From positions 79,298,001 through 79,362,000 of the forward strand of contig NC_043005.1 of the NCBI RefSeq assembly GCF_006345805.1: DNA of 64,000 bases. Direction: 5' to 3'. Source of the DNA: Octopus sinensis (Eukaryota). Under the pieces are notes generated by a model. It did no database searches, had not been told where the DNA came from, and saw only the letters and a list, made by a program, of their open reading frames with translations. Positions 12,401 to 24,596 of the stretch are shown piece after piece. How positions within the stretch are numbered: the stretch's first letter is position 1; each line of letters starts with the position of its first letter. The position numbers and the translations under genes are program-made.

Positions 12401-12573
12401 TATGTATTTGTGTGTTTGCATTTTCCCGCACCATCGCTTGACGACCTATGTGGTTATGAAATTAGCTAGAGATAATATATATATATATATATATATACAC
12501 ATACATATAATTGAAATTTAGACAGATGTAGAAATATATTTATATGTACATATACATAAATATATATACATAC

Positions 12574-12633
<60 letters not shown>

Positions 12634-12764
12634 CATATATATATATATGAATTATGTACTGCGGTCGATTTGATCGATAAAAACATCTTCAAGGAATTGC
12701 CCCGCATGGCCGCATTCTAAAGACTGAACATGGTAGGGTGAGACCATATTACATTAACACGCTG

Positions 12765-13045
12765 GCCCAGTAGCTAACGTGTTGAAAACGTGATTTTCAG
12801 ACTGCGTTTTCAATTCCCAGGTTCATTCAACGTTATGTTCTGGAGTAAAACAATTCACTTCCCGTTGCTGCCGTCCACTCAACTGCTGAAAGGTAAACAT
12901 GTGAGTGGCCGGTGTGACATTGCAGGGGAAATGTTGGCTCCAGCGAGGGGGTATCACTCGAAAGCAGCTACAACAATCCAAAGAAGCGTATTGTGATCAG
13001 CAGTGTATAAGAGAAAATCCGATAGTGTGGTCAATGCAGTGATAT
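12765..13045 (+). mobile_element. Degraded SINE: E-type head with D-type tail
   Basis: tRNA-like head remnant, gttgctgccgtccactcaactg, tail attgtgatcagcagtgt...gatagtgtggtc as at 17462-17540(-) and 53030-53092. Confidence 0.65.
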
Positions 13046-13063
13046 ATATATATATATATATAT

Positions 13064-13262
13064 ATTTCTTTACTACCCACAAGGGGCTAAACATAGAGTG
13101 GACAAACAAGGACAGACAAAGGGATTGAGTCGATTACATCGACCCCACTGCGAAACTGGTACTGTATTTATCGACCCCGAAAGGATGAAAGGGAAAGTCG
13201 ACCTTGGCGGAATTTGAACTCAGAACGTAACAGACGAAATACCGCTAAGCATTTCGCTAAGC
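13064..13262 (-). mobile_element. SINE family A (tail type 1)
   Basis: Reverse complement of the 3191-3421 consensus. Confidence 0.92.
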
Positions 13263-13299
<37 letters not shown>

Positions 13300-13817
13300 C
13301 ACATCCATACGTACATGCCGACAGACATAAACACAAACATACATGAATATGAAATTTGGGAACGACTGTGTAGTTATATTTATGCAAGTGTTATATAAAC
13401 TGCTGAAGAATACTGTATATTTATCATTTAGATGTCCCCAATGCTAAATCAAGATAAAAATCTGCTGGTATTTTATTGTATTCCTACACTGAATTCCTGT
13501 AGTCTTCATGTTTTCTGTTCACCTGACTTTCAGAACTGAGGTCAAGTGACTCGTTCGTAAAAGGTTATATTTCTGCTTAGCTTTTCATCCAGAATATAAT
13601 TCTTATTATGGTGGCTAACATGGAAGGGATACTTACATGTTAATTTCTTCATCTCCACACACACACGTGTCACGCATGCGCACAAAGCTAATCGCGCACA
13701 GAGTCATTTCGTTAAAGAAGCAAACTTTTGGTTGTTAAGATAGTGTTTGGACAAGTAGGATTCTATTGAAGCCGCGGTCTTAAAACAAAACGGTAGAGGA
13801 GAACGCAAAAATAACAA

Positions 13818-14090
13818 TCCTTTCTATCATAGGCACAAGGGTGAAATTTAGGGGAGGGGGATAGTCTATTACATCGACCCCAGTGCGTAACTGGTACTTA
13901 ATTTATCGACCCCGAAAGGATGAAAGTCGACCTTGGCGGAATTTGAACTCACAACGTAACGGCAGATGAAATACCGCTATGTATTTCGCCCGGCATGATA
14001 ACGATTCTTTTCTCCTCTAGGCACAAGGCCCGAATTTTAATTTTTTGGGGGGAGTGGGGGCAGTCGATTAGATCGACCCCAGTATTTGAA
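13818..14090 (-). mobile_element. SINE family A (tail type 2) plus a second tail fragment
   Basis: ggcacaagg...cgaccccagtgcgtaactggtacttaatttatcgaccccgaaaggatg; tail repeated at 14008-14090. Confidence 0.88.
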
Positions 14091-14099
14091 CCTTTAAAC

Positions 14100-14340
14100 C
14101 AGAGTTTCTCAACATTTCTTTTACCCAAATCATTCCTAATTTACTCGGATGAATCCCCTCCTAGTTATTCGATATGAAAAGAATCACATATTTTAATAAT
14201 TAAATATTATGAGGAATTGTTTTCAAAATTGTTAAAATGTTTTGTATTGTAGAAGTAAAACCGATTTATTGCAGATAAAGTTCAGCAAAATCTTAAATGG
14301 AATCCGAAAAGTCATATGGACCTCTTGTTGAGAACCACTG
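14100..14340. mobile_element. hAT-type MITE
   Basis: Terminal inverted repeats cagagtttctcaac / gttgagaaccactg; 8-bp flanks match at only 5/8. Confidence 0.7.
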
Positions 14341-14825
14341 TTTGATACTGACTGATGTTTCGTGAAAGACAGACGAGTTTAATAACCTCCAGGATAGGAT
14401 GCAAACATAACGCAGATAACTTCACCTATGAACTTTGTTGCAACTTCTAGAAAGTATTCAGCTGTAAAAAATGCTAAATATGTAAGAAATATTTTAAGAT
14501 TGGTCGGTTTTATTTTTCTCTCTTCCTTCTCATCTCTCGCTTTCATCGTAAGACATTTTAGGGTTGGTTATTTTAAAACTAACAATAAATAACTGTACAA
14601 CAGCATAGCAACTCTTCGGGTGGGCGAGGGAAAAGAACAAAAATTACGTTGCATTCTTTATTACATTTTTTTTGACTTGTTAAATTTATTTGAAGTTAAC
14701 TTTTGCATGTTCCTCGTAATAACTATGTTAATAGTAAAAGGCAATCTTTATATTCAACTTATCGTTTTCTGCCTTCCGTCTTTAATATCTAGTATTTTCG
14801 TAGTGTACGGGGTCTTGTGAAGACC

Positions 14826-15130
14826 CATGGCCTAGTGGTTAGGATATTTGGTTCACAATCGTAAGGTGGTATATTCGATTCCTGTCCTTGAACAAGACAC
14901 TTTATTTCGTGTTGCTCCGGTCCCCTTAGCTTGCTGGAATGAATTGTGCCTGTGATTCAAAGGGTCCACCTTGTTCTATTCACTATCACGCTTAATCTCC
15001 TTGAGAACTACGTTACAGCTATGCGGGTCTGTGGAATGCGCAGCCATTTGCACGTTAATTTCACGAGCTGACTCTTCCGTTCATCAGATTAATTGGAACC
15101 CGCGTGGTCGTAACTGACTGAATACCAGTT
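14826..15130 (+). mobile_element. SINE: E-type head with the tail shared with family C
   Basis: tggcctagtggttagg A box, ttcgattcc B box, ccttgaacaagacac, gagaactacgtt...cacgttaatttcacgagc. Confidence 0.8.
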
Positions 15131-15534
15131 GAGGGAGCATATGTGTGGCCTGTATACAAACTGAGGCGATATATCTGCCATTTCTTTGTATATACCTTCT
15201 GTTCTTTCTTTCTATTGGCTAAATTTAATATCATTTTGTGGACTAAGTATCGAAGTGCATCGATTTACCTTCTTCACTGCGTCTTCTACGATTTGTCGAT
15301 GCTCTTAAAGTATATTTTCTATTGCCTCTGCTTGAGTGATATCTCTGTGCTTTTATGTGTGATGGTTGGTTATATATCATGTTATATTCGGCGTTGCCCG
15401 TAAGCAGGATACATTTTTATCCAGGTATTTATGCCATTTATTTAGTTTTGTAGCAATTGTTCAAATTAATGTACATAATGGTGTCAGGGCTTTTGGCAGA
15501 AAGTATGCAAATTTTTAAGAGCAAAGCATAGTTC

Positions 15535-15690
15535 GACTAAACAAACTCAGTTCTGAATTATGACATATTGTTTTTTATCGGTCCCAAAAAGATGACAGGC
15601 AAAGTTGTCTAGAGCAGATTTCGAACTCAAAAGTAATAAGTCGAAAAAAATGTTTCCAATGCACTAACAATTCTGCCAGCTCATAATCTT
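15535..15690 (-). mobile_element. Degraded SINE-A
   Basis: ttttatcggtcccaaaaagatgacaggcaaagttg...tttcgaactcaaa. Confidence 0.6.
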
Positions 15691-16683
15691 AACTGCATCT
15701 AGGTAAGGATTTGGACAATGACACAGCATCATGAATTCTTCTTATTTTCCGCTGATAACTATTATTTATTCTTCTTAGCCAAGAGAGAAGACATGAGTCA
15801 ATCTACAGTAGACGGTTTTCTCAAAATAGATACAATGCAATATCTCATGCTCTGCTCTAAACTTCACGCTTCAATCCATTTTTTAAAGCAATGTTTTTTT
15901 GTATAGATTTACCTTTATTGTGAGCGACATTTCAGTAACGTTTTTTTTTATATTCTGTCACAATGTTACAATCAGGACATCCTCATGTGAGAAAATTACA
16001 TTTTACTTTGAAAGTCAGCTTTTTCATTCGTTGAGAAACATTTTTATAAGCAGAACAAATGAAAGGAAAAAAAAGGTGCATTGAAAATATAGAAGACGTT
16101 ATGTATGAAATCATCTGAGCGTAACTAGACAATACTAACAAAACAGAAGAAAGGAAACTACGCAGATTGTTAAATACATGCGATATAAAAGGTGCGGACA
16201 ACACCCAGATATTTAAGACGTGGAGTTTATGTGTTAACGTAACATCGTTTCCATTATTGTGACATAAAAGAACATTGACAAAATACTTTAGAATACATTT
16301 CCCTTTGTCACTTTTATGAAATTGATTCCAAATAACTAAGATACCGACGGAAAAGCGCGCACGATGTAAATATTACATGCTGAAAGCAAGACCTATTACT
16401 TTTCAAATTTTTGATTTTAAACATGATAAATGTATCACAATGACATCGATACACCTTTCTCAGTTTCACTGGTGTTGACTGGCGGACTATAGAAATTATA
16501 AAATTAATTATGCATGCGATATATTGAAATTAATTACCATAGCAATTCGTTGGTTTTTATGTAAAGACACAGTACAGCAACGATTATAGAATTCTTCGGT
16601 CTGTTGGCTGCTAATTAGAAAAAAGAAAATCAAACTCCCTAGTTGCAGTCTAGTAATGCACAGAATAGTACAGTGCTAGTTAA

Positions 16684-16915
16684 GGCGGCGAGCTGGCAGA
16701 AACGGTAGCACGCCGGGCGAAATGCGTAGCCGTATTTCGTCTGCCGTTACGTTCTGAGTTCAAATTCCGCCAAGGTCGACTTTGCCTTTCATCCTTTCGG
16801 GGTCGATAAATTAAGTACCAGTTACTCACTGGTGTCGATATCATCGACTTAATCCGTTTGTCTGTCCTTGTTTTTCCCCTCTATGCTTAGCCCTTTGTAG
16901 GTAGTAAAGAAATAG
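16684..16915 (+). mobile_element. SINE family A (tail type 1), full length with 12-bp target-site duplication
   Basis: gtacagtgctag at 16668-16679 and 16916-16927; near-consensus sequence. Confidence 0.97.
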
Positions 16916-17420
16916 GTACAGTGCTAGCTTACTGCATTCTGCCTTCATACGAATGGACACAAGCAGCCAATTAGATAGTTTATAATATTTTTGAACGTAT
17001 ATCAAAGCAATTAAACAAGCCTCCAGCGTAACTCTGTTCTCATAGATAAGAGTCAAAAATTTCTACTTTCTTCCAACTGCATACATACCGTGTTCTAACC
17101 TATTAATGCAAACATATTAAATGTTGTACAATTAATATGTTTTATGTTATGAAATGAGTTCAGGACAATATTCAGAAAAATACTGAAACCCTTTTTCATG
17201 GCGTAATTCTAAATCGCAAACATTTTATGTATAATGCAGGCTCCTATTTCTCTAATCCTGTATGGAACATAACACATTTTTCTGGTCAAAACTTCGTTGA
17301 TATATACAAAGTAATAATGTTAAGAATAAACAAATTTGAAAATCGCATCTTCTTCTAACCTTGAACTGAATAATGCATTACGAATGAATTTCGTAGACGG
17401 ACACTATGCTGAAGCCCGTC

Positions 17421-17461
<41 letters not shown>

Positions 17462-17470
<9 letters not shown>

Positions 17471-17612
17471 ACCACGTGACCGACCAGACTATCAGATGTT
17501 GCTACACACCGCTGGTCACAATGCGCTTCGCATTGTTTTAGCCTGAAATGACGCCACCCCGCTGGCTAAGCGAGCAGGCCAAGAGAAGAGTGAGAAAAGT
17601 TTGTGGTGAAAT
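17462..17612 (-). mobile_element. SINE fragment: family C body joined to the D-type tail
   Basis: gagtgagaaaagtttgtggtgaaa (C body) adjacent to tcacgtgaccacgtgaccgaccagactatcagatg (D tail). Confidence 0.75.
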
Positions 17613-17768
17613 AAGCAAAACCGAGAAAAATAAATAGAGAGATTACGTGAGATTACATGAGTGGAGTTAAAGAAAATTTCCGTATTTTAAACAATTTTTA
17701 ACAGTAATTTACAGTGTCATATTTTAACAATTTCATGAATAGCTCATAAACACCTTCCACGCTGTAAT

Positions 17769-17822
<54 letters not shown>

Positions 17823-17849
17823 TATATGTATATATATATATATATATAT

Positions 17850-18223
17850 GGGGTAATCCCATGCGTAATGCGGGATTTTTTCTTTATACTTTTAGTTTTC
17901 AAAACTAAGTGAAAGAAATTTATTTTTTATTCTAAAACATACTTTCCTTCATTTTCTACAATGCTCTTCCATGTATCTGTTAGATTTGCAAGGCACCTCT
18001 TCCAAAATTCACTTGTCCTTGACGAAAAATACCCATCCGGTACTGTTCTAACTTTGTGTACAGAATTCAAAATTTTTCCGACGAAATAATTTTAAAAGCT
18101 GCAGAATAAATGATAATCAGTTGGGGTAATGCCCGGCGAATATGGTGGGAGAGGTATCGTTTCCCATTCAAATTGCTCCAGTCTTTGGAATGTCCTCTTC
18201 CCTTTATGTGACCGAGCATTATC
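17850..18223 (-). mobile_element. mariner (DD34D) transposase C-terminal remnant plus TIR
   Basis: DNARSH...WETIPLPPYSPGITPTDYHLF...WKSIVENEGKYVLE* (stop at 17927-17929); TIR-like ggggtaatcccatgcgtaatgcgggatt at 17850-17878 abutting (TA)n. Confidence 0.9.
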
Positions 18224-18234
18224 CTTATGGGAAT

Positions 18235-18286
18235 AATTATCGAATATAAATTTAAAGAAATAACTGAGTTATTATATTCGATAATT
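18235..18286. repeat. 15-bp perfect hairpin at the junction between the mariner remnant and the AT-rich HH2 element
   Basis: aattatcgaatataa (18235-18249) / ttatattcgataatt (18272-18286). Confidence 0.9.
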
Positions 18287-18763
18287 CCCATTCATAATTA
18301 TATTTATAGTACTTATAGTATTTATTCGATACTATATTACTAAGAATTGATTATTTCTAAAAGTATTTTACATAAGATTTCTGAAAGTTCGTTTAAGTTA
18401 GTTTATTTGTATTTTGAAATTAGCTATTTCATCTTTAAATATGGAAAATTAAATTTATTAGGTTTTTATTATATACAATTATTTATAGAGATTATTTTAG
18501 ATCTTGATTATAATATTTTATATATATATTTTCATTGATATTTTATATATATTAGTCATTTTAAATAATTATGTAATTAGATATAGACTAATATTGATAT
18601 TAGATTATGGGTTTCCTACCTTATAAATTAAAATTAATATTTAACATTATAGTCGATTTGGATATAATCATATTTGATAATAGAGTTTATTATAAGTAAA
18701 ATTATTATATTATATGTATTATTTATATCTTAAAAATATTGATTATATTTTAGATATGTAAAC

Positions 18764-18827
18764 CACCTGAAGAATGACTGTAACTCGAAAATTTTCAGAA
18801 TTGAACAGCCATGAAACGATCGTAGTG
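18764..18827 (+). ncRNA. Minimal type I hammerhead ribozyme motif HH2, intact core
   Basis: cac-CTGAAGA-atgactgt...acagccat-GAAA-CGATCG-TA|gtg; stem II 7/8 bp, palindromic stem III, predicted cleavage after 18824. Confidence 0.8.
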
Positions 18828-18956
18828 TTATATTAATTATCTTTTTTAATAATTTTGATATATATTTAAATAATATAAATTAATTAATCTTATGTATTGG
18901 CTTAAGTTTTTCATTGTATGATTTGCCTAATAGTGGTTTTATCTCTAATTTAATAT

Positions 18957-18991
<35 letters not shown>

Positions 18992-19003
18992 ATATGTATA
19001 TAT

Positions 19004-19046
<43 letters not shown>

Positions 19047-19124
19047 GTGTGTGTGTGTGCGTGTGTGTGTGTGTGTGTGTACGCGATCGCGTGCGCCTAC
19101 ATGACTGGGCCTTTCGTGTATTAC

Positions 19125-19392
19125 GACGTGACGTGTCCTAGTTAAGAACCAGCTCGTTAAATTAACGTACAACAGACAGGAGTACCTCTAGCATAATTGG
19201 TGAATGATATACAGTATTACATACCGAAGTTGACAAGACTGACCCATTGAACTACATGTGCAGCTTACTTTGCCTGTTACGTGGACTGGAGCAACGTGAA
19301 ATAAAGTGTCTTGCTCAAGGACAGAATGCACCGTTGGGAATGGAACACATAAGCGATCGTGAGCCGAATACGCTAGCCATTTTGCCACGCGC
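19125..19392 (-). mobile_element. SINE with E-type head
   Basis: gagcaacgtgaaataaagtgtcttgctcaaggacag...gctagccattttgccacgcg. Confidence 0.8.
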
Positions 19393-19407
19393 TTTCATGT
19401 ATATATA

Positions 19408-19763
19408 TATGATGGTTCCGTTTGATCCGACCAACGGAACAGCCTGCTCGTGAAATTAACGTGTAAGTGGCTGAGCACTCCACAGACACGTGTACCCTTA
19501 ACGTAGTTCTCGGGGATATTCAGCGTGACACAGAGAGTGACAAGGCCGGCCCTTTGAAATACAGGTACGACAGAAACAGGAAGAAAGAGTGAGAGAAAGT
19601 TGTGGCGAAAGAGTACAGCAGGGATCGCCACCACCACCTGCCGGAGCCTCGTGGAGCTTTAGGTGTTTTCGCTCAATAAACACTCACAACGCCCGGTCTG
19701 GGAATCGAAACCGCGATCCTACGACCGCGAGTCCGCTGCCCCAACCACTGGGCCATTGCGCCT
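19408..19763 (-). mobile_element. SINE family C, full length and near consensus
   Basis: aggcgcaatggcccagtggtt...gtttcgattccc...tail gagaactacgttaagggtacacgtgtctgtggagtgctcagcc. Confidence 0.93.
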
Positions 19764-19789
19764 CCACTATATATATATATACACACATA

Positions 19790-20470
19790 CCAAGAATTAT
19801 ATTTGTCACTTATAGAAACAAAAACGGTTTATAGGACTTCAAAAGAAGTGCTCAAATATGAGATGAAGATAAAGAGACATTAATTATAGAACAAAGATTA
19901 ATTTGTGTCAACGATTTTTACATACACCACCAACCTTCAAACATTTAATCACATATAAAAAAACGCCATGGTCTACAAACACATAAAAAATAATACGTAC
20001 ACATAAAATCACAGAATGTAAAAATATATGTATCCTAATAAAATATAAATAGAACGGCCTATCAAAAGTTACATATAACGACTAAAATATCGTTAAATGC
20101 TTTTCGATTATTTATAGTTAATACACGTAATTTTTATATATTCATTTGATAATTGGTATAAGTTAAGTACATTTATTCTATTATTATCATTTCTTATTCT
20201 TTATTATTTATTATGTTAGACCTGATGAGTGAATATATTTTTAAATAGAATTAATTTTAGTCCAATTTAATTGTGAATCGTATTGAGTTTATTATTATTA
20301 TCTATTTGAAAATATTGCCATGAAACGTGCGTAGTCTTTTTAATACTCTTTACTATTTATTGTACTTTATTGATTTAAAATAAGGGTTTTTTAATAGTAA
20401 ATGTTTTATATATGGTGTGAATAACATCTCTCTTTATTGAATTGTTTGATAGTGGTTTTTCTCTAAATCA
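19790..20470 (+). mobile_element. Probable Penelope-like element 3' remnant: very decayed GIY-YIG-like coding trace followed by an AT-rich terminal repeat with HH3
   Basis: Weak FIG..., RF(Y)IH, AMVYKHI, HKITECKNICIL traces at 19820-20050; HH3; 3' motif shared with the HH2 element. Confidence 0.4.
20218..20337 (+). ncRNA. Minimal type I hammerhead ribozyme motif HH3, intact core, long stem II
   Basis: agac-CTGATGA-gtgaatatatttttaaataga...tctatttgaaaatattgccat-GAAA-CGTGCG-TA|gtct; stem I 4/4; predicted cleavage after 20333. Confidence 0.75.
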
Positions 20471-20482
20471 TATACATATGTG

Positions 20483-20521
<39 letters not shown>

Positions 20522-20526
20522 GTGTG

Positions 20527-20557
<31 letters not shown>

Positions 20558-20581
20558 GTAAGTGTGTATATTGTATGTATG

Positions 20582-20637
<56 letters not shown>

Positions 20638-21820
20638 GTTGGAAAATTGGGAGAGTGGCGTCATGACTTTCTGAAGTATAGAAGTCAGGTGGCAGTAGCC
20701 AATGGGGCCATTTCCACTAACACGCAAATAGTGAGCGGTGTTACGCAGGGCACTGTTTTGGGACCACTACTGTTCATAATGGCCCTCTCAGACATGCCCT
20801 CAGCCACGCAGAGAGCCACGATCACAAGTTATGCAGATGATACAAAAGTTTCACAGGCAATACAGAACCCTGAAGACACTAAGCACCTGCAATGTGAGCT
20901 GGACAAAATATACAAGTGGGCTGAAAAGAATAGCATGCAGTTCAATGCTGAAAAGTTTCAAGCTCTATGCTATCAGCACGCAAAACTAAATGCAATACCC
21001 AATAAATACACTGGACCTGGAGGGACTGCAATCCCAGAGGCACAATCAGTGCGAGACCTGGGTATTTACATGAGTGATAATGCAATCTTTCATGTGCATG
21101 TTGCTAAATTGGCAATGAAATGTAGGCGGCTGACCGGATGGATTCTTAGAACCTTCAGAACAAGAGACCAGGAAACCATGATGGTCCTCTGGAGGACACT
21201 TGTCCTAAGCCACTTGACTATTGCTCTCAGCTATAGTCACCATCCAGTGTCAAGTTAATCACAGAACTTGAGGCGATCCAACGAAGCTACACGAAGAAGA
21301 TAGCCTCTGTGCAGCATATAAGCTATTGGGAAAGATTCAAGAGATTGAGACTCTATTCCTTAGAGCATAGGTGAGAAAGATATGCAATAATATACATCTG
21401 GAAGGACTTGTCCCAAACTTTGGCATCGAGAGTTACACAAATACTAGAACTGGGTGCCACTGCATAGTGCCAAGGACTCCAAATTTGCCATCAAGATGTA
21501 GGACAAGATACTGTGACAGCCTGGGCTTCCGAGGACCACAGCTCTTCAATATCCTCCCGAAGAACCTAAGAGCCCTGCATGGGGTGGATGCAGATGTCTT
21601 TAAAATGAAACTGGATCTCTTCTTGTCAGGTATCCCAGATGAACCAACTTCACGGCAGGAGGTGCAGATGAGGGCAGCTGCATCGAACTCTCTCATGCAC
21701 CAAATGGCAATTGCTAAAAAGCATTCGTGAAGTAAAATCATGTAGCAACACCAAATGGCGGTGCCCCAGCATGGCCACAGCTTGTGAGCTGAAACTAGAT
21801 AAATAAAACAAAAAAATAAA
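20638..21820 (+). mobile_element. 5'-truncated CR1/L2-group LINE: RT C-terminal half, C-terminal domain and 3' UTR
   Basis: SGVTQGTVLGPLLF, YADD, YKWAEKNSMQFNAEK, VRDLGI, WILRTF, QLFNILP; frameshifts near 21215 and 21400; stop at 21728-21730; A-rich end. Confidence 0.93.
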
Positions 21821-21868
21821 TATATATATATATGTGTGTGTGTGTCTGTGTGTCTGCGTGTGTGTGTA

Positions 21869-21909
<41 letters not shown>

Positions 21910-22902
21910 TTACATACACATAAATATATGAGCATGATCTTATGCATATATGTATATATGCACGTATTTATATGGGTATGCACATATGTATGTAACCATT
22001 GGTTCTCCTAATTGCCGCACATAAATAGATAAATACGAGTGTACACACTAATTGTATGTCCTCCTAATTACAGCGACACATATTTTGAATGCACTCACAG
22101 ACACCTTCATCAACGTATGTGCAGCCGTGCGTGAGTGTGATTAAAGATAAATATTTACCTATTAAATGTTACGCATATCGCGTTTGCTCTTGTTTATACA
22201 TATGAATATGTCTCACTGTCGTGTATGTTGATATCTGTGAGTTTATGAGTGCATGTACTTGTATGTGTGTATTTCAGAGAGAGAGAAAAGGAGAGAGAGG
22301 GGCAGAGGCAAATACAGAGGAAAACGTATCCTTATGCATGAATGTTCCGTGATGGTTGATTAACTGTTATCCACACCAAATGCTGCTCTCACATTTAACA
22401 TTATTGGTCAACAAGTCAACCCTTTACGCGTTCACAATCATCAAAGAAAAAACTTTGTTGCTATAGTAAAAACGAGAGAGTTTTCTTCAGTATTTCGGTG
22501 GTATATAAACACTGAATACACAATACTCAATATTAAATAGTGATTCAGTAGTTTCAAATGACCTTTATTTATGCGTTTCACAGAGAAAGCCTTAGTGTCT
22601 CCGTCCGAAAAACTAAAGAAGCAGATCAGAGGTTTTTCCCTTACTACTTGTTTGTTGCTTGAACCATAAAATAATCAACTGAATAGGGCTATAGTCTTTG
22701 CATAGCATCATTGTACTTCTTTTCCCTGATATCCTTTATTAATTTCCTTTCTTCACGAAAAATCTCACCACCATTTCTTTCTTCCTCTCCGTCTCTCTCT
22801 CATTCTCCCTTCTCTTTCTTCGTCTTTTCAAACATCCGACTTCTTTCATTTCTCGTTATTTCATATTTATTTATTTATATATATACATACATACAAATAT
22901 AT

Positions 22903-23035
<133 letters not shown>

Positions 23036-23591
23036 GTCTATAATGTCTCTCTTCCTTTCATTTCCTTTAAACGATTTGTATTCTTAAATGTAATCATTTT
23101 ATATATTCTGACATTTTTCTTGAGGTTCTCAAGCCGTTTCTTTTCTCTTCTCCTTTTTCTGCTTTTCTTCCCCTTTTCGTCTTTCATCCTGAATACGTTT
23201 CAACATTTCAAAACAAACCTACGAATTCTCACTTAACACCAAGCCAGTTGTTCGCCCAGACAGTATTTCATGTCAACTACTTTTATATATATATATATAT
23301 ATATATTTACACACACAACTACTTACCACACTCCGCTTTGCTACAACTTTACATAAAGTTTTACTCTGATAGTTTATAGAGAAAGTTTATTCTTAGTATT
23401 CAGCCATGTAGAACTTCAAATACTTATCGACAAGATGAGAAACGTGCATAGATTAAATGCGCGCGCATACACGCGCACACATATATGATATACATATGCG
23501 TATGTATATATGTGTGTTTCTCTGTGTATACACGTATACTGACATGCACACACATATGTGTGTGTACATATGTATACATGTATATATATAT

Positions 23592-23987
23592 ACTAGCAGT
23601 ATCGTACGGCGTTGCTCGGGTTTGTTTCGATCCTTTAGAATTGGAATTTTTGAAAAGTAAAAATTTTGCATTATATAGTTTGTTTTTCTCCTTAAGTAAA
23701 CATTTTTCACGTTGAAATACACCGAAAAAATGGCGACACAGCAGTCAAAAAATCGTGAAAAATAGGGATTTTCATAGAAAAAAAAGCACCTTTTTGATGT
23801 AAATAATTTTTGGTCTCAATATGGTCCGATTTGAATTTTATCTCCTACAGAAAGAAGAGCAAGCCTTCGTCTAACATACTTTCAATTTTGGTCAGCTTGC
23901 GCCACAGGGTCTCGGTGGAGATAGTGTTAGTTGAAGGCTACCAAACATGCCATACACAGACAACTTCAGCTTTATATATATTTAGAT
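23592..23987 (+). mobile_element. Helentron-type non-autonomous element (HINE/DINE-like), family 1, inserted in (TA)n
   Basis: Starts actagcagtatcg...ggcgttgctcgggtttgt (shared with 41731-); ends cagacaacttcagctttatatatatttagat, the typical DINE/Lep1-like terminus. Confidence 0.8.
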
Positions 23988-24439
23988 ATGTGTATATAAT
24001 TGCATATATGCAGTGAACTACGCTTCTTTTGACGCTATTTTATCGAAAACACGACTGTATTTCAGTTTTATCTTTCCTTACCAGATTTTATTCAAGAGTT
24101 TCTTGTGAGATCATTGCAGCTCAGCATCAACGTCTCCAGGGTTTCGAACTCTCATTTTCTGCTAGAAGTGATGTGTTCTGCTATGTTTTCTCACTATTAC
24201 AAACACCTTCAGTTAGATTCTCATATTGCGACAAATGTTAATGTATTAATGTAAGAAAATAATCAACAATAATAAAAATGGTTACACATGTATCGATGCC
24301 TTCGGCAGCTTATATGATATTATAAAACGTCAACGGGGTTAAACAACTAACCGCAACAAGTCGGGTTTCTCAGTGCGTTCGGGTTGTACTATACATCCTT
24401 TCGACCGCTGAATACAAAGCAGTTACCATCTTAGTCTCG

Positions 24440-24550
24440 TACGCCAGTACATCACTAGGTTAACCATCTACAGTTGAGTGGACTGAAGTAACCGCAACAG
24501 ACAGCTGGTCTCGAAATCGAAACCACAATGTCACGATAGGATAATACAGC
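24440..24550 (-). mobile_element. Degraded E-type SINE head
   Basis: gttgagtggactgaagtaac...gaaatcgaaaccacaatgtcacgat. Confidence 0.55.
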
Positions 24551-24563
24551 ACTATACGTATAC

Positions 24564-24596
<33 letters not shown>

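Noticed and set aside
22420-22492. CTGAAGA/TTGATGA...GAACGCGTA on the minus strand; similar weak hits at 10770-10850, 54055-54115 and 61070-61105
   Set aside because: No consistent set of stems I and II with an intact core
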